The position numbers were made by a program, and so were the translations under genes. From Mobula birostris (Eukaryota), in the NCBI RefSeq assembly GCF_030028105.1, contig NC_092376.1:76618935-76682934 (forward strand): a stretch of DNA of 64,000 bases. The letters run 5' to 3'. Positions 13,282-25,399 of this stretch are shown in pieces. Position 1 is the stretch's first letter. Every line of letters begins with the position of its first letter. A model generated the notes under the pieces. It was given only the letters and a program-made list of their open reading frames with translations. It was not told the origin of the DNA and made no database searches.

Positions 13282-13644
13282 ACAGCAGAAGGCACTTGTG
13301 GCATATATGCATTCATTTAGATTTTTTATACCTTATTTTAATGTTTACCTTACGTACACTATGTGAATTATAAAGTTCATATTGGAACTTAAATGGAATC
13401 AACAGTTCAGTACCAGGCAGGAAGTTTTAACAGTGACTTGTAAGATGTTTTTTAACCCAGCCACTCTATTGACCAAATAGGTTGAGAGTATGAAATGACT
13501 ACACACATATCTCAGTCTCAGCTCCAAATGTGATTTGGTCTAAATCATAAAGAAGAGTAACAGCAACTTAATGGGGCCTTGAGATTCAATGACCTCTCAC
13601 TGGATATCATCCTTGGGGGTTTAAGGCACCATAGGAATAAATGT

Positions 13645-14275
13645 TAGATTATTAGATTATGAGGACACGCAGTCCTCGTTTATTGTCATTTAGTAATGCA
13701 TGCATTAAGAAATGATGCAATGTTTCTCCAGTGTGATATCACAAAACACAGGACAGACCAAGACTGAAAAAACTAACAAAACCACATAATTATAACAGAA
13801 AGTTACAACAGTGCAACAATACCATAACTTGATGAAGAACAGGCCATGACACAGTAAAAAAGTTCAAAGTCTCTCGAATGTCCCACACCTCACGCAGACG
13901 GAGAAGGAAGAAAACTCTCCCTGCCATGCCCGACCACAGTCCAACTCTGAGTCGTCCGAAAACTTCGAGCCTCCAATCAGCCCTCTGACACTGAGTACTG
14001 AGCACCATTTCTATCCTAATGATTCAACCTCAGTCTCGGTCGCCAGCAGCAGGCAAAGCCAGGGATTTTGGGGCCTTCCCTCTGGAAGATTCTCGATTGT
14101 CCAGTAACAGCGGCAGCGAACCGGCGTTTCAGAAATTTCTCCAGATGTTCCTCTGTGCTTTCACGTCTGTCTCCATCAAATCAGAATTGTCCACAGCCCC
14201 TATTTAACGGATATGATATCATTTTCACTGGAGAGCTGCATGCGCGTGGTGCGCAGCTGTCTTCACCTCCCGCCT
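13645..14275 (-). mobile_element. Unclassified non-coding retroposed repeat
   Basis: On the minus strand it has a GC-rich start (GGCGGGAGGTGAAGACAG), a 3' AATAAA and a short (TAATC)-type tail. It is CpG-rich relative to its flanks. Confidence 0.5.
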
Positions 14276-14569
14276 AGGTGCTATAGGTGCTATTGAGATG
14301 TAGGAATTTAACAACATCACAGAAAACGTGTAAGCGGCTTTACAAAAGTTCTAAGTAAAGGGCAGTATGATTACCTACTGCTGGATTCCTTGGTGCAAGT
14401 GGTCTAATGACCGCTTCAGACAAGTAAGTCTTTATTACTTCAACAAATTCAACTACCTTGTCTATACTAGCATACTAGTCCAAACATAAACAGCTTGCAG
14501 GTAACCCAACTGCCCTTGATTATTTATTTCTAACCTTTGAACCTCTTTTAAAACAATGTCATGCTTTTG

Positions 14570-14725
14570 CTTATGGCTAGATTCTGCTCCAACTCCATTT
14601 ACAAGTTTGCAGATGACCCACCATAGTGAGCCAAATCTCAAATAATGATGAGTTGGAGTACAGGAAGAAAATAGAGAACCTACTGACATGGTATGTAACA
14701 ACCTTTCCTTCAATGTCAGCAAAAC
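14570..14725 (+). mobile_element. Rex1/Babar-type RT fragment
   Basis: KFADD...QISNNDELEYRKKIENLLTW...NNLSFNVSKT. Confidence 0.7.
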
Positions 14726-16629
14726 AGGTGAAGATGGAACTGTCTATTGGACAGCCTTCAAGGGCTTCAAATCATGGAGGATGTTCGCTAAAAGCACCAA
14801 GGCAAGTGGAAATAAAATAGCTCTACCTCCTCTGAAGCACAAGTTGTACCATATGCACATTCTAGGAAGAATAGTCTAGATCTTTAGATATACCAGATTA
14901 TATATATGTCTTGTTCTCAGATGGTTTTGAATTTATTGTTCCTGGACCTCATTGGTTTACTTCCTCAAAGGGGTTCATTTCCTACTCTTTAAGAGAGTAT
15001 TCCTGTCTCCAAGCCAGATATAAGCAGTATTTTGAAGCATGAGTAAATCAGGGAGAATGAACTGCCATTGCATCAACACTTCCTGGAATGCCTAAGAATC
15101 TTGTGCACATTTGCAGAAAAATGGCTGCACCACTGAACTTTGACGGAATGGAAAATGTTTTGGTTGATTAAACTCCCATGTAGGATCTGGGAGGTCACTT
15201 ACCAGGTGTAGTCAAGAGGAAAGCAGTTAAAGACTCATACCTGAGTGTCTACTCATGCTGGCTGCCCTCATCACAGCTGATGTATTTGCTGGCCCTGGCA
15301 AACTAGCTGACGTGATAACATAAAATGACCCTCCCGAGTCACTGGAGTCAAGAAAACTGATCCACTGTCCACATATTCTGACCGCCTGTGAACTGCTGCC
15401 TTCATTATCTTCTTTACAACTCCAGGTGAGTGAGGAGCATCCTGCTGCCATTCTTTGTTGGTATTCATCTTGCTTCTCCTGTGTCACAAATATCACAGTT
15501 CAGCAGCATCCATCGTTTCTAATGAAACCAGCAAATGCTGATCAAATGTGCTTAGTTTGGAGGCAGAATTACAAGCACAAACAAACTTTTCTCCAAATGC
15601 ATCAAGATTTGCTGCAATGTTTTAGAAACAATTCTCCCCCTTCACTTTTGTGTATAGAGCTTTTTCTGAGTCTTACTTATTAAGCCATATTAACATGTTT
15701 GCCAAATGTCTGGTGCTCTTGCCTTGATTTAGTTGACAAATTTAAAGAAACTGATTGCAATTAGCTTAATACATTATGAGCATTGAAATTGCACGCAACA
15801 CTTTCTCCCACCCTTGTGTTAAATATAAAAGTTGGTATGTTGAAAGCAGTATCTAATACGCTGTTACTTTAGATAGGTTTAATTTCTGATCTATTCTCAA
15901 ACTGACAATCACAGAAGTTAAATTCCAAATCCAGTCTGCTTTTTCTGTTTGTCTCTCTCTGAATGTATATGTATTGGCATTTTGTGGGTTCCACTGCGAT
16001 GGCAGAGGAAGAGTTTGCTAGCTAAGACCACATACTGTATGAAGAATGCCATTAAGAATTAGTGAAATGCCATAAGCCAGCATAGTACTAAATAGCCACC
16101 TTCGGCCAACCACAGACTAAGTGCTGGATTTTTCCACTATTCCATTTGAAATTAATGAACGACAAGTGGAGCAACATAAAACAAACTCATAATATAATTA
16201 AAAGAAGTGCTCCAAATCTACTTCTCATTGCTTTGCTTCAGTGAAATAGTACAAATGAGTATCTCACCTAAATACGTTAGGCAGATTTTTATCAAAAGAA
16301 AGTAAAATCCTTTGAATTTAGTTTATTATCACTGACACATGCCATGACATTTACTGTTTTGTAGTAACCTGTCAATCTTCAGGCCATGGCACTCAGGGAC
16401 TTGTGTTAATCTTATTTTGTGGCTGTATGTGCTGGATCATACCAATATTTGCTGTGTGTGATGATATGTTGTGTATTGCATCTTGGCCCCAGAGGAACAA
16501 TGTTTCATTTAGCTGTATACATGTGTATGGTTGAATGACAATAAACTTGAACTTGGAAAGTAGAATAAACATTATTATAAGTTACAAGAAAAATAAATAG
16601 TGCAAAAGATGAATAACGAGGTAGAATTG

Positions 16630-19600
16630 ATAAAGGAAATTACAATCGCATGAGAGGGAACTGGTCGAAGTTAATTGGAAAAGGACATTTGCAGGAAAGA
16701 CAGCAGAGCAGCAACGGCTGGACTTACTGCAAAAAAAACGAAGGAAGTGCAAAACAGATATATTCCAAATAAGAAGAAATTTTCAAAGGGAAGAAGGACA
16801 CTACCATGGCTGACAAGTGAAGCCAGTGCCAAAGTAAAATCAAATGAGAGAGCGTACAAGGAAGCCAGAGCTAGTGGTAAGATAGAGGATTGGGGTGCTT
16901 TTAAAAACTTGCAGAAGGAAACTAAGCAGGTCATTCGGAAGGAAAAAATGAATTATGAGAGGAAGCTGACGACTAATATCAAAGAAGATACTAAAAGCTT
17001 TTTTAAGAATATAAAGGGTAAAAGAGAGTCAAGGGTAGATATAGGACCAATAATACAAAATGACGCTGGAGCAGAATGGCAGCTTAAATCAAATCTAAGA
17101 TCTTTCCAACATATCTGAATTGATAAGGGGAGAAAGAAAGCCCCGCTGCGGAGCCTGTGGAAGAGGGAGGTGCGGCGCGCGGCTCTCCGACACGTGCGCG
17201 TGGCGGCGAGGTGACGCGGGGCCTCGTGCGGGCGAAGCGGCGAATATGATGAAGGTTCTGGAAGAGATACGGGAAATCCAAAAAGATATAAAACAACAAC
17301 TCAGTGATATCAAGTCAGGCTCGCCAACGTCAATCAGAAAATAGCGGTGGCAGAGACTCGAATTGAGAAGGTGGAAGACCGCGTGCAAAACGTGGAACAG
17401 ATACTAAGTAAGACGATAAAAATATTAAATCAAGAGGAAAGTAAATTGCTTGACCAGGAGGGAAGATCGCGACGGAAAAATATCAGGATTTATAATGTTC
17501 CCGAAGGAGCGAAGGGAGTATCGATGATGGAGTTTGTGGACAAGCTACTGCGGGAGGCGCTGGAGATTCCCCCGAATATGGAGATGGAAATAGAAAGGGC
17601 GCCCCGTTCACTTGTTCCAAGGCCTCCCGGAGACAGACAAAGTAAACCGCGATCCATTGAACTTAAATTTCTCCGATTCCAAGGCGGAGATTCTACGAAG
17701 GGCCTGGGGTAAGAAGAGGGTTTTTTGGAACGTGAAGTTAATATACTTCGATCATGTTTAGCCCCCCGGCGGTCCTACAGAAACGGAAGGAATATTCCGA
17801 AGCAAGATGAATATTAAAGCAAGAAAAGATTAAATTCCAAACCCCGTACCCTTCTAAACTGAGGGTATTTTACCAAGAAGGGATACGACTGTACCAGACG
17901 GTGGAAGAGGCGACTACAGACATGAACAACAGAGGACTGTCCATTAGCGTGGTCAAACCTGGGGAAAGTCTGGCTGAACAGTTATCCCGAGCTGCTTGGG
18001 AAATAGTAAGAGAACCGAGAAAGCAAGGGACGGTAAAAGGACGAGAGAAGGATATTAGGAAGAGACTGTGAGTTCTCCGAAGCCAACCCTCACCTCCTCC
18101 AAAAGAGCCATAAGGTTTGGCTAACTTTAAAAGTGCTGATAAACCAAACGGAAGCAAAAATAGACGGTGATATACCTATCTCGAGAAATACGTGTTATAA
18201 CGTGGTTTTTATATTACTCAATTTTTTAAGAAAATCATTTATTCATTACTTTTCCCCCACCTAAATGAGAATATATACATGGGAGGAATCATTTCTGTGT
18301 AATGGACATAGTTTTTTTTAACTTACTTTTATAGGTACTGCAACGGGGGGGGCGAGGGGGCCTCAACTCACAGGTAGGAGGGACTATCCCCCACGGCTAG
18401 ACTTTTCTTCTAGCCCAACCCAGGGTCATCTAGATACCCCGGCCTTGGAACCACACCTCCCTTACCTTTCTTTTTATTATTCACTTTTCTTGGTTCTTAC
18501 TTGTTCAGGGAGTAGATCGATTAAGTTATATCCTGCAAATTTCAATAATATACTAACTTAGAGAGTAAGACCATATATTTTGGGTATATACCTCAAGAAT
18601 GGTTTAAAAGAGATAAATATAAATATTTACTGAATGTACTGCTGGTGACTGGTAAAAGGACCCTTACCAGGAAATGGTTATTTCGGGAGAGCCCAACTTT
18701 AAATGCATGGATGGAAATTACAATGGACATTTACAAAATGGAGAAGATAACATCTGCTAATCATAAGTTGGAACAATTTTATTCATACTGGAAAAAATGG
18801 TTTAACTACATAACATCTTATAGGCCTGATTTTATTCTCAAAATCAATGAATATGTTGTTTAAAAAGTCACTCCCTACTCTGTACATGGTTTTCTTCTTT
18901 CGATTGTTCTTTCTTTCCTCTTTTTGTAAGAGTATACGTCAGATAAATAGTATGTGGAGATTTGTGACAAATATGCTAATATGATATATATGTACTGTAT
19001 GTGAAATACATCTTATGGAAATGTTTGTTTGATGATGAAATTCTATAAAAAATAAATTACAAAAAAAACAAAATGACGCTGGAGATATTGTAATGAGATG
19101 GCAGAGGAACTGAATGCATATTTTGCATCAGTCTTCACAGTGGAAGACACCTGCAGTATACCGGACATTCAAGAGTGTCAGAGAAGTGAAGTTTGTGCAG
19201 TGAAAATTACGACTGAGAAGGTGCTCAGGAAGCTTAATAGTCTGAAGGTGGATAAATCTCCTGGACTTGATGGAATTCACCCTCAGGTTCTGAAGGAAGT
19301 AGCTGGAGAGATTGTGGAGGCATTAACGATGATCTTTCAAGAATCAATAGAATCTGGCATTATACCGGATGACTGAAAAATTGCAAATGTTACTCCTTTA
19401 TTTAAGGAGGGTGGGAGGCAGCAGAAAGGAAGCTATAGACCTGGTAGCCTGACATCAGTGGTTGGGAAGTTGTTGAAATCGATTGTTAGGAGTGAGATTA
19501 CAGAATACCTGGAGGCAAATGACAAGATAGACCAAAGCCAGCATGGTTTCCTGAAAAGAAAATCCTGCCTCACTAACCTACTGCAATTTTTTGAGGAAGT

Positions 19601-20822
19601 TACAAGCAGGGTAGACAAAGGAGATGCAGTAGACATGGCATACTTGGATTTTCAGAAGGCCTTTGACAAGGTGCCACACGCGAGGCTTCTCAGCAAGATA
19701 GGAGCCAATGGAATTACAGGGAATTTACTAGCGTGTGTGGAGCATTGGCTGGTCAGCAGAAAACAGAGAGTGGGAATAAAGGGATCCTATTCCGGCTGGC
19801 TGCCGTTTACCAGTGGAGTTCCACAGGAGTCGGTGATGGGACCGGTGCTTTTTATGATGTATGTCAATGATTTGGACTACGGTATCAATGGATTTGTGGC
19901 TAAATTTGCCGATGATACAAAGATAGGTGGAGGAGCGGGTAGTGTTGAGGAAACAGAGAGCCTGCAGAGAGACTTAGATAGTTTAGGGGAAAGGGCAAAG
20001 AAGTGGCAAATGAAATACAATGTTGGAAAGTGTATGGTCATGCACTTTGATGGAAGAAATAAAAAGGCAGAATATTATTTAGATGGCGAGAGAATTCAAA
20101 GTGCAGAGATGCAAAGGGACTTGGGTGTCCTTGTGCAAGATACCCTGAAGGTGAACCTCCAGGTTGATTCAGTGATGAAGAAGGCGAATGCAATGTTGGT
20201 ATTCATTTCTAGGGGTATAGAATATGAAAGCAGGGATCTGATGTTGAGGCTCTATAAGGCACTCATGAGACCACACTTAGGGTATTGTGTGCAGTTTTGG
20301 TCTGCTTATTTTAGAAAGAATATACTGATATTGGAGAGGATACAGAGACGATTCACAAGAATGATTCCAGGAATGAAAGGGCTACCATATGAGGAACATC
20401 TGGCAGCTCTTGGGCTGTATTCCCTGGAGTTCAGGAGAATGAAGGGGGATCTCATAGAAATATTCTGAATGTCAAAAGGCCTGAACAGATTAGATATGGC
20501 AAAGCTACTTCCCATGTTAGGGGTTTCTAGGACAAGAGGGCATGACTTCAGGATTGAAGGATGTCCTTTTAGAACTGAGATGCGGAGAAATTACTTTAGT
20601 CAGAGGGTGGCAAATCTGTGGAATTTGTTGCCACAAGCGGCTGTGGAGGCCAGGTCATTGGGTGTATTTAAAGCAGAGATAGATAGGTTAGCCAGGACAT
20701 GAAAGGGTATGGGGTGAAAGCAGGGGAGTGGGAATAACGGGAATAATTGGATCAGCCCATGATTGGCAGAGCAGACTTGATGGGCCAAATAGCCTACTTC
20801 TGCTATATCTTATGGTCTTAAT
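16630..20822 (+). mobile_element. 5'-truncated CR1 ORF2 interrupted by an L1 insertion
   Basis: ORFs 16675..17118, 19098..19376, 19458..20468 (RT with FADD) and 20469..20702 are colinear CR1 ORF2 pieces. The tail tcttatggtctta is at ~20810-20820. Confidence 0.92.
17072..19067 (+). mobile_element. L1-clade element with ORF1 and only the extreme 3' end of ORF2
   Basis: 17-bp TSD acaaaatgacgctggag (17055-17071 and 19068-19084), AATAAA and an A-rich tail. L1 ORF1p motifs EGRSRRKNIRIYNVPEG, EIERA.R, PRSI and YPSKLRV are present. The 18645..18863 peptide resembles an L1 ORF2 C-terminus. Confidence 0.85.
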
Positions 20823-20829
20823 TCACGGA

Positions 20830-21620
20830 CAGTTCAGAATTCTGATGACAGGGAAGTAAGTTGTTTTTAAAACATTCAGTGTGGATCTTCAGCCTCCAGT
20901 ACCTCCTCACTGATGGTAGTTTCATGAAGAAGGCTCATCCTGAATAATGAGGATTTTTAAGAGTGGATGGCACCTTTTTGAGGCACCACCTCTTGACAGG
21001 GAGGATTGTGCCAGTCATGGAATTGGCTGAGTCTACAATCCTCTGAGTCTGTTTTGATCCTGTGGATTAGAGGTTTCATACCAGACTGTGATGCAACAGT
21101 CATAATGCTCTCCATAGTACATCTGTAGAAATTTGCAAGACTCTTTGGTGACATACCAAATCTCCTCAAACTCCTAACAAAGTAGAGCCACTGGGGTGCC
21201 TTCTATGTGGTTCCATCGATGTGTTGGGCCCAAGATAGATCCTCAGAGATGTTGATGCCCAAGAACTTGAAGCTGCTTACACTTTCCACAGCTGGCCCCT
21301 CAATAAGGACTGATATGTGAAATCCCAACTTCCCTTTCCTTAAATCCACAATCAATTATTTGGTCTTGCTGACGCTGAATGTGAGTTTGTCATTGCGACA
21401 CCACTCAATCTACATCACTCCTATACAACTCCTTGTCCCCATCTCAGATTCTGCCAACAACCATGATTTCATCAGTGAATTTATCGATAGCACTTGATCA
21501 GTAGTCACAGTCATGAGTATAGAGAGTGTAGAGTAGCGGGCTAAGCAGGCTTCTTTGAAGTGCATGTGTTGAATGTTATCAAGGAGAAAATTTTATCACC
21601 AATCCACACTGATCGGTAAT
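20830..21620 (-). mobile_element. Rex1/Babar LINE fragment
   Basis: RRFGMSPKSLANFYRCTMESIMT and upstream RT-like sequence (cagcgtcagcaagacc, ttcaagttcttgggcatc). Confidence 0.8.
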
Positions 21621-22226
21621 AACTTCTTCCGATATGTTACAGTTGTGATTTACAGGAAAATTATGAAGCCATACAAAAGGCTAGACTTTTAACTTAAAAT
21701 CATGCACCTTCTACTTTACCTCTTCCTCTTAAGTTAGCCCCCAGAAACAGAAGCTGATGTGGAACATCAGCACACGTTCCCAAATGCATCAAACTTACTG
21801 ATGGAATCCAACCAATCGATCTGTGAGTACACATTGTCATCAGAGTCCACATGGCGGAGGATGACCTTCCTGAGATTTCCCAGCAGTTACAGCAAGAAAT
21901 ATGTTCATAGGTCCAGAGGTACAGAGTTGACTAATAATGAGGGGATGACTGTTGAACAAACATCAAGCTGTAACAGATGAACAGTGGCCTAACATTTGTA
22001 TTGCAGTTGCTTAGTAGCTCCAAAGCTAAATGAAAAGCCAATGAGATTGCATCCGCTGTAGACCTGTTGTGGAGATAGGCAAATTACAGATTTAACTGAT
22101 TCCATGGAACTAAGCTAGCTATTTTTATGCATTGGTCATTGAAATTGTTGCAAATACAGCAGGTGTAGCTGTGGATTACTGAATATAAGGACTTGTGCCT
22201 ACAACCTAATAATTCACACATGATTA

Positions 22227-23015
22227 CACTGGACAAGTGTTGCTTCCTCATTTTTTTTGGTTTATGATAGACCGCTTGAAGCTGAACACAAATATAATTT
22301 AAGACAATTTGTATCACGTTGGAATTTAGAGAAACAAGAAATCAACTTTTATTGAATATACTGTAATGCATTTAATTACTGTACATAGTGGTGCTGACAT
22401 TTTGCAATATTTCAACTAAGCTACAAAGGTTTTGTTGATGATTTTCATTGTACTCAGTGTCCAAGGCTTCTTGCTTAAGTGTCCCAACAATAATCAGCCA
22501 ACATTGATGGATTCCAGTTGCCCTGATGCCGTTTCTCCATGACTGCAATGTCCTGGTGAAAACCTTCAGCATGTTTGTCACTGACAGTGCCAAAGTTTGC
22601 TGGGAAGAAGTCTGAATGGGAATACAGAAAATGAATCCTTAGTGACATGTTGCACTTCATAGTTTTGTATGCCTGAAACATATTGTCAACCAGCTGCATG
22701 TTGTTTAGTGCTCTGTAGATGCCAAGAAAATTTTCAACAACATCCTTCAATGCCTTCTATGAGATTTTCTCCAGTCCCACTAGAAGTTCTTCAAATTGCC
22801 TGCTATTGATGCTTGTTTGATTTGTGGACCAACAAAAATGCCTTCCTTAATCTTGGCATTAGTTATTCTAACTTGAATTATGAATTATAACAACAAATAT
22901 AGGCAATTTCAAAAACCTGGTGTGTGATAGGGAAATTTCATGGTGATTTTCATGATCAGCAGCCCCAAATCCACAAGATATGTCCAAAAGTTTTCAGGAA
23001 ACAAGATATTGTCTA
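22227..23015 (-). mobile_element. Chapaev3-like DNA transposon remnant
   Basis: MSLRIHFLYSHSDFFPANFGTVSDKHAEGFHQDIAVMEKRHQGNWNPSMLADYCW matches the recalled Chapaev3 transposase C-terminus. One end begins CACTGGACAA. Confidence 0.75.
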
Positions 23016-23279
23016 TATTAATTAAAAGTAAATTAACTTAGGAAGCATTAGTAAGAGTACTAAAAGCAATTTTTAGTGATATGTAGCATTTAGCAACTAC
23101 CAGATCATCATTTAGTCATGGTTTGGCTATTCAACTGCAAAAGCTAAAGCATTTGTTCAATTATTTAGCTCGTTTCATATCTGTAATTTGCTACAAGCTA
23201 CCATTACGGGCAAAGAATGGACAAGGAGTGAGAGACCCTGATGGATTGTTGGGAGTGGGAAAGGATCACAGGTTGTGTG

Positions 23280-23885
23280 GGTTGCCTGCTATTGCAATAT
23301 CCAGTGTTCATACCATTGAGCTGTAGGTTACAATTGCCAAATTTGAAATGCTGTTCTTTTAGTTTGTGTTTGGCCTCACTGTAGAAGTAGAGGAAACAGG
23401 TCTGACAGGTTGCTGTGGGAAATGGGAATGAGAGTTGAAGTGACATGCCACCAGAAGCTCAAATGGTCACTGCGGACAAAGTACAGGTGCTCTGCAAAAT
23501 GATTGACTAGTCTAAGCTTGGTCTTGTCAACATACATGGCACCACATCATAAACAGCAAGTGTAATTGATTAGGTTGGAGAAGATGTACGTGATTCCTTG
23601 ACTCACATGGAAGAACTGCTTAGGTTCCTGGATGGTGATTAGGGAGGTGTAGGGATGTGTTTTGCACCTCCTATAGTCACAGGGAAAAATACCAGGGGAT
23701 GAGGTATGGGAGGGGTGGTAGTGGAATGGTGTGGGTGAGAAGGGATGAGTGGACCAGGGAGTCATGGAGAGAGTGGTTCCTGCAGAAAGTTGAAAGGTGA
23801 GGGGATGAGGCAATGTAGTTGATGGTCCCATTGAAGCTGGCAGAAATGGCAAATGATGATATAACAGCGATCTCTACAAAATGCT
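23280..23885 (-). mobile_element. Old PLE GIY-YIG fragment
   Basis: PGIFPCDYRRCKTHPY...TIQEPKQFFHV...SNLINY and EAKHKLKEQH...LNGMN. Confidence 0.72.
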
Positions 23886-24410
23886 GAGGTTGGATGAACA
23901 ATACCTCATATTCCGTCTGAGTAGCCTCTAACTTGATGGCGTGAACATCAATTTCTCCAATTTCTGGTAACTTCTACCCTTTCCCCCCTTCTCTCTGTTC
24001 CTGTTCCCCATTCTGGTTACCCTCTCACCCCATCTCTTCTCCTGCCCATTACCTCTTTCTGGTTCCCTCCTCCTTCCCTTTCATCCACCACCACCTCCTG
24101 TTTGATTTCTTCTTCTTCAGCCCTTTACGTCTTCCACCTATTCCCTCCCAGCTTACTTCATCCCCTTCTACACCCCCCCTCACCTGGTCTCACATATCAC
24201 CTGCCAGCTTGAACTCTTTCCTATCCACCACCTCCCCCGCAACCTTCTTCTTCTGCCTCCTGCCTCCTTCCATTCCAGTCCTAATGAAGGATCTTGGTTT
24301 GAAATGTCAACTGTTTATTCCCCTCCAGAGATGCCGCTTGACTTGTTGAATTCCTCCTGCATTTTGTATATGTTACTTAAGATTTCCAACATCTATATTA
24401 TCTTTTTTTG
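23886..24410 (+). mobile_element. PLE 3' end plus pLTR with a degenerate hammerhead motif (24276-24313)
   Basis: RLDEQYLIFRLSSL*LDGVNINFSNF*, a pyrimidine-rich tract, then CAGTC-CTAATGA-A...GAAATGTC-AACTG. Confidence 0.8.
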
Positions 24411-25149
24411 GTTAATTGGCCACTGTAAAATGATTAGGCAGTAGGTGAAATCCATTTTTCTTAGATAAGTAATCATATTCATTGTATACAAAAATTATAA
24501 AGGATTTATTTAAAAAAACAAGGGGGATAAAATGCATCGAAAATAGCATTTAATATAGAAAGACAACCCCAAACATTTATATCAGCATAAATAAACATAA
24601 AATATTCTATAAGCATGAATAAGTATGAAAGAAAGGCGATACTGAATGGGGTAAGAAGATTTTCTGGTACTGTACAGGCATGTGTGACCTGCTAAAAGAA
24701 TACATATTTATTCCCAGGAGAAGACAGCAAGGATGGTAACACTATATCAGTGGGCATTAGCTGCATTAGATAAGATAAAAATTAATAAAGGTTGGAAATT
24801 CTCAAACTAGGACAAAGTTCTTAAAGACCTTGGTGAACAAGCTCCACTCCTCAATCTAAATATACCATTCTGCAACTGGGTGTTGGACTTCCTAACAACA
24901 GACCTCCAACAGTCAGAATGCAAGACTATTCCTTCTTCCCTGTCATCCTCAACATGAGTGCCTTCCAGGGCTGTGTACTGATAGTTGATTAGAATCTCTT
25001 ATTGACTGATATCGCCAACCACAATGAAGGCATAGGTGATCCTGAATGTCTGAAAGTTATTGTGCCATCAAATTTCTAAGCCCCAAATCCTTTACTTTTT
25101 ATGCAGACTACTATAATTTCAACTTCATATTTGTGAAATTTGTACTTTT

Positions 25150-25385
25150 GTACCATTCTGTATCTTCTGGCCCAACAAGCCTACGCTGTCCAGTTACACC
25201 CATAACACCAATTAACCTACTAACCCACACATCCTTGGAATGTGGTAGAAACCTGGAGCACTTAGAGGAAAACCACACGCTTGGGAAGAATGCTCAAACT
25301 CCTTACAGATGGTGGCAGAATTGACCCCAGGATTCTGGTGCTATAATGGTATTATACTGACAACTATACTACCGTGCTGTCCCAT
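25150..25385 (-). mobile_element. V-SINE (HE1-like)
   Basis: tggaatgtggtagaaacctggagcacttagaggaaaaccacacgc...caaactccttacaga is the reverse complement of a V-SINE core. Confidence 0.7.
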
Positions 25386-25399
25386 ACCCGTTAGCTGTG

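Noticed and set aside
14980-15700. Short ORFs as a possible ancient transposase or host exon
   Set aside because: No motif I can identify with confidence and no convincing splice-site pair.
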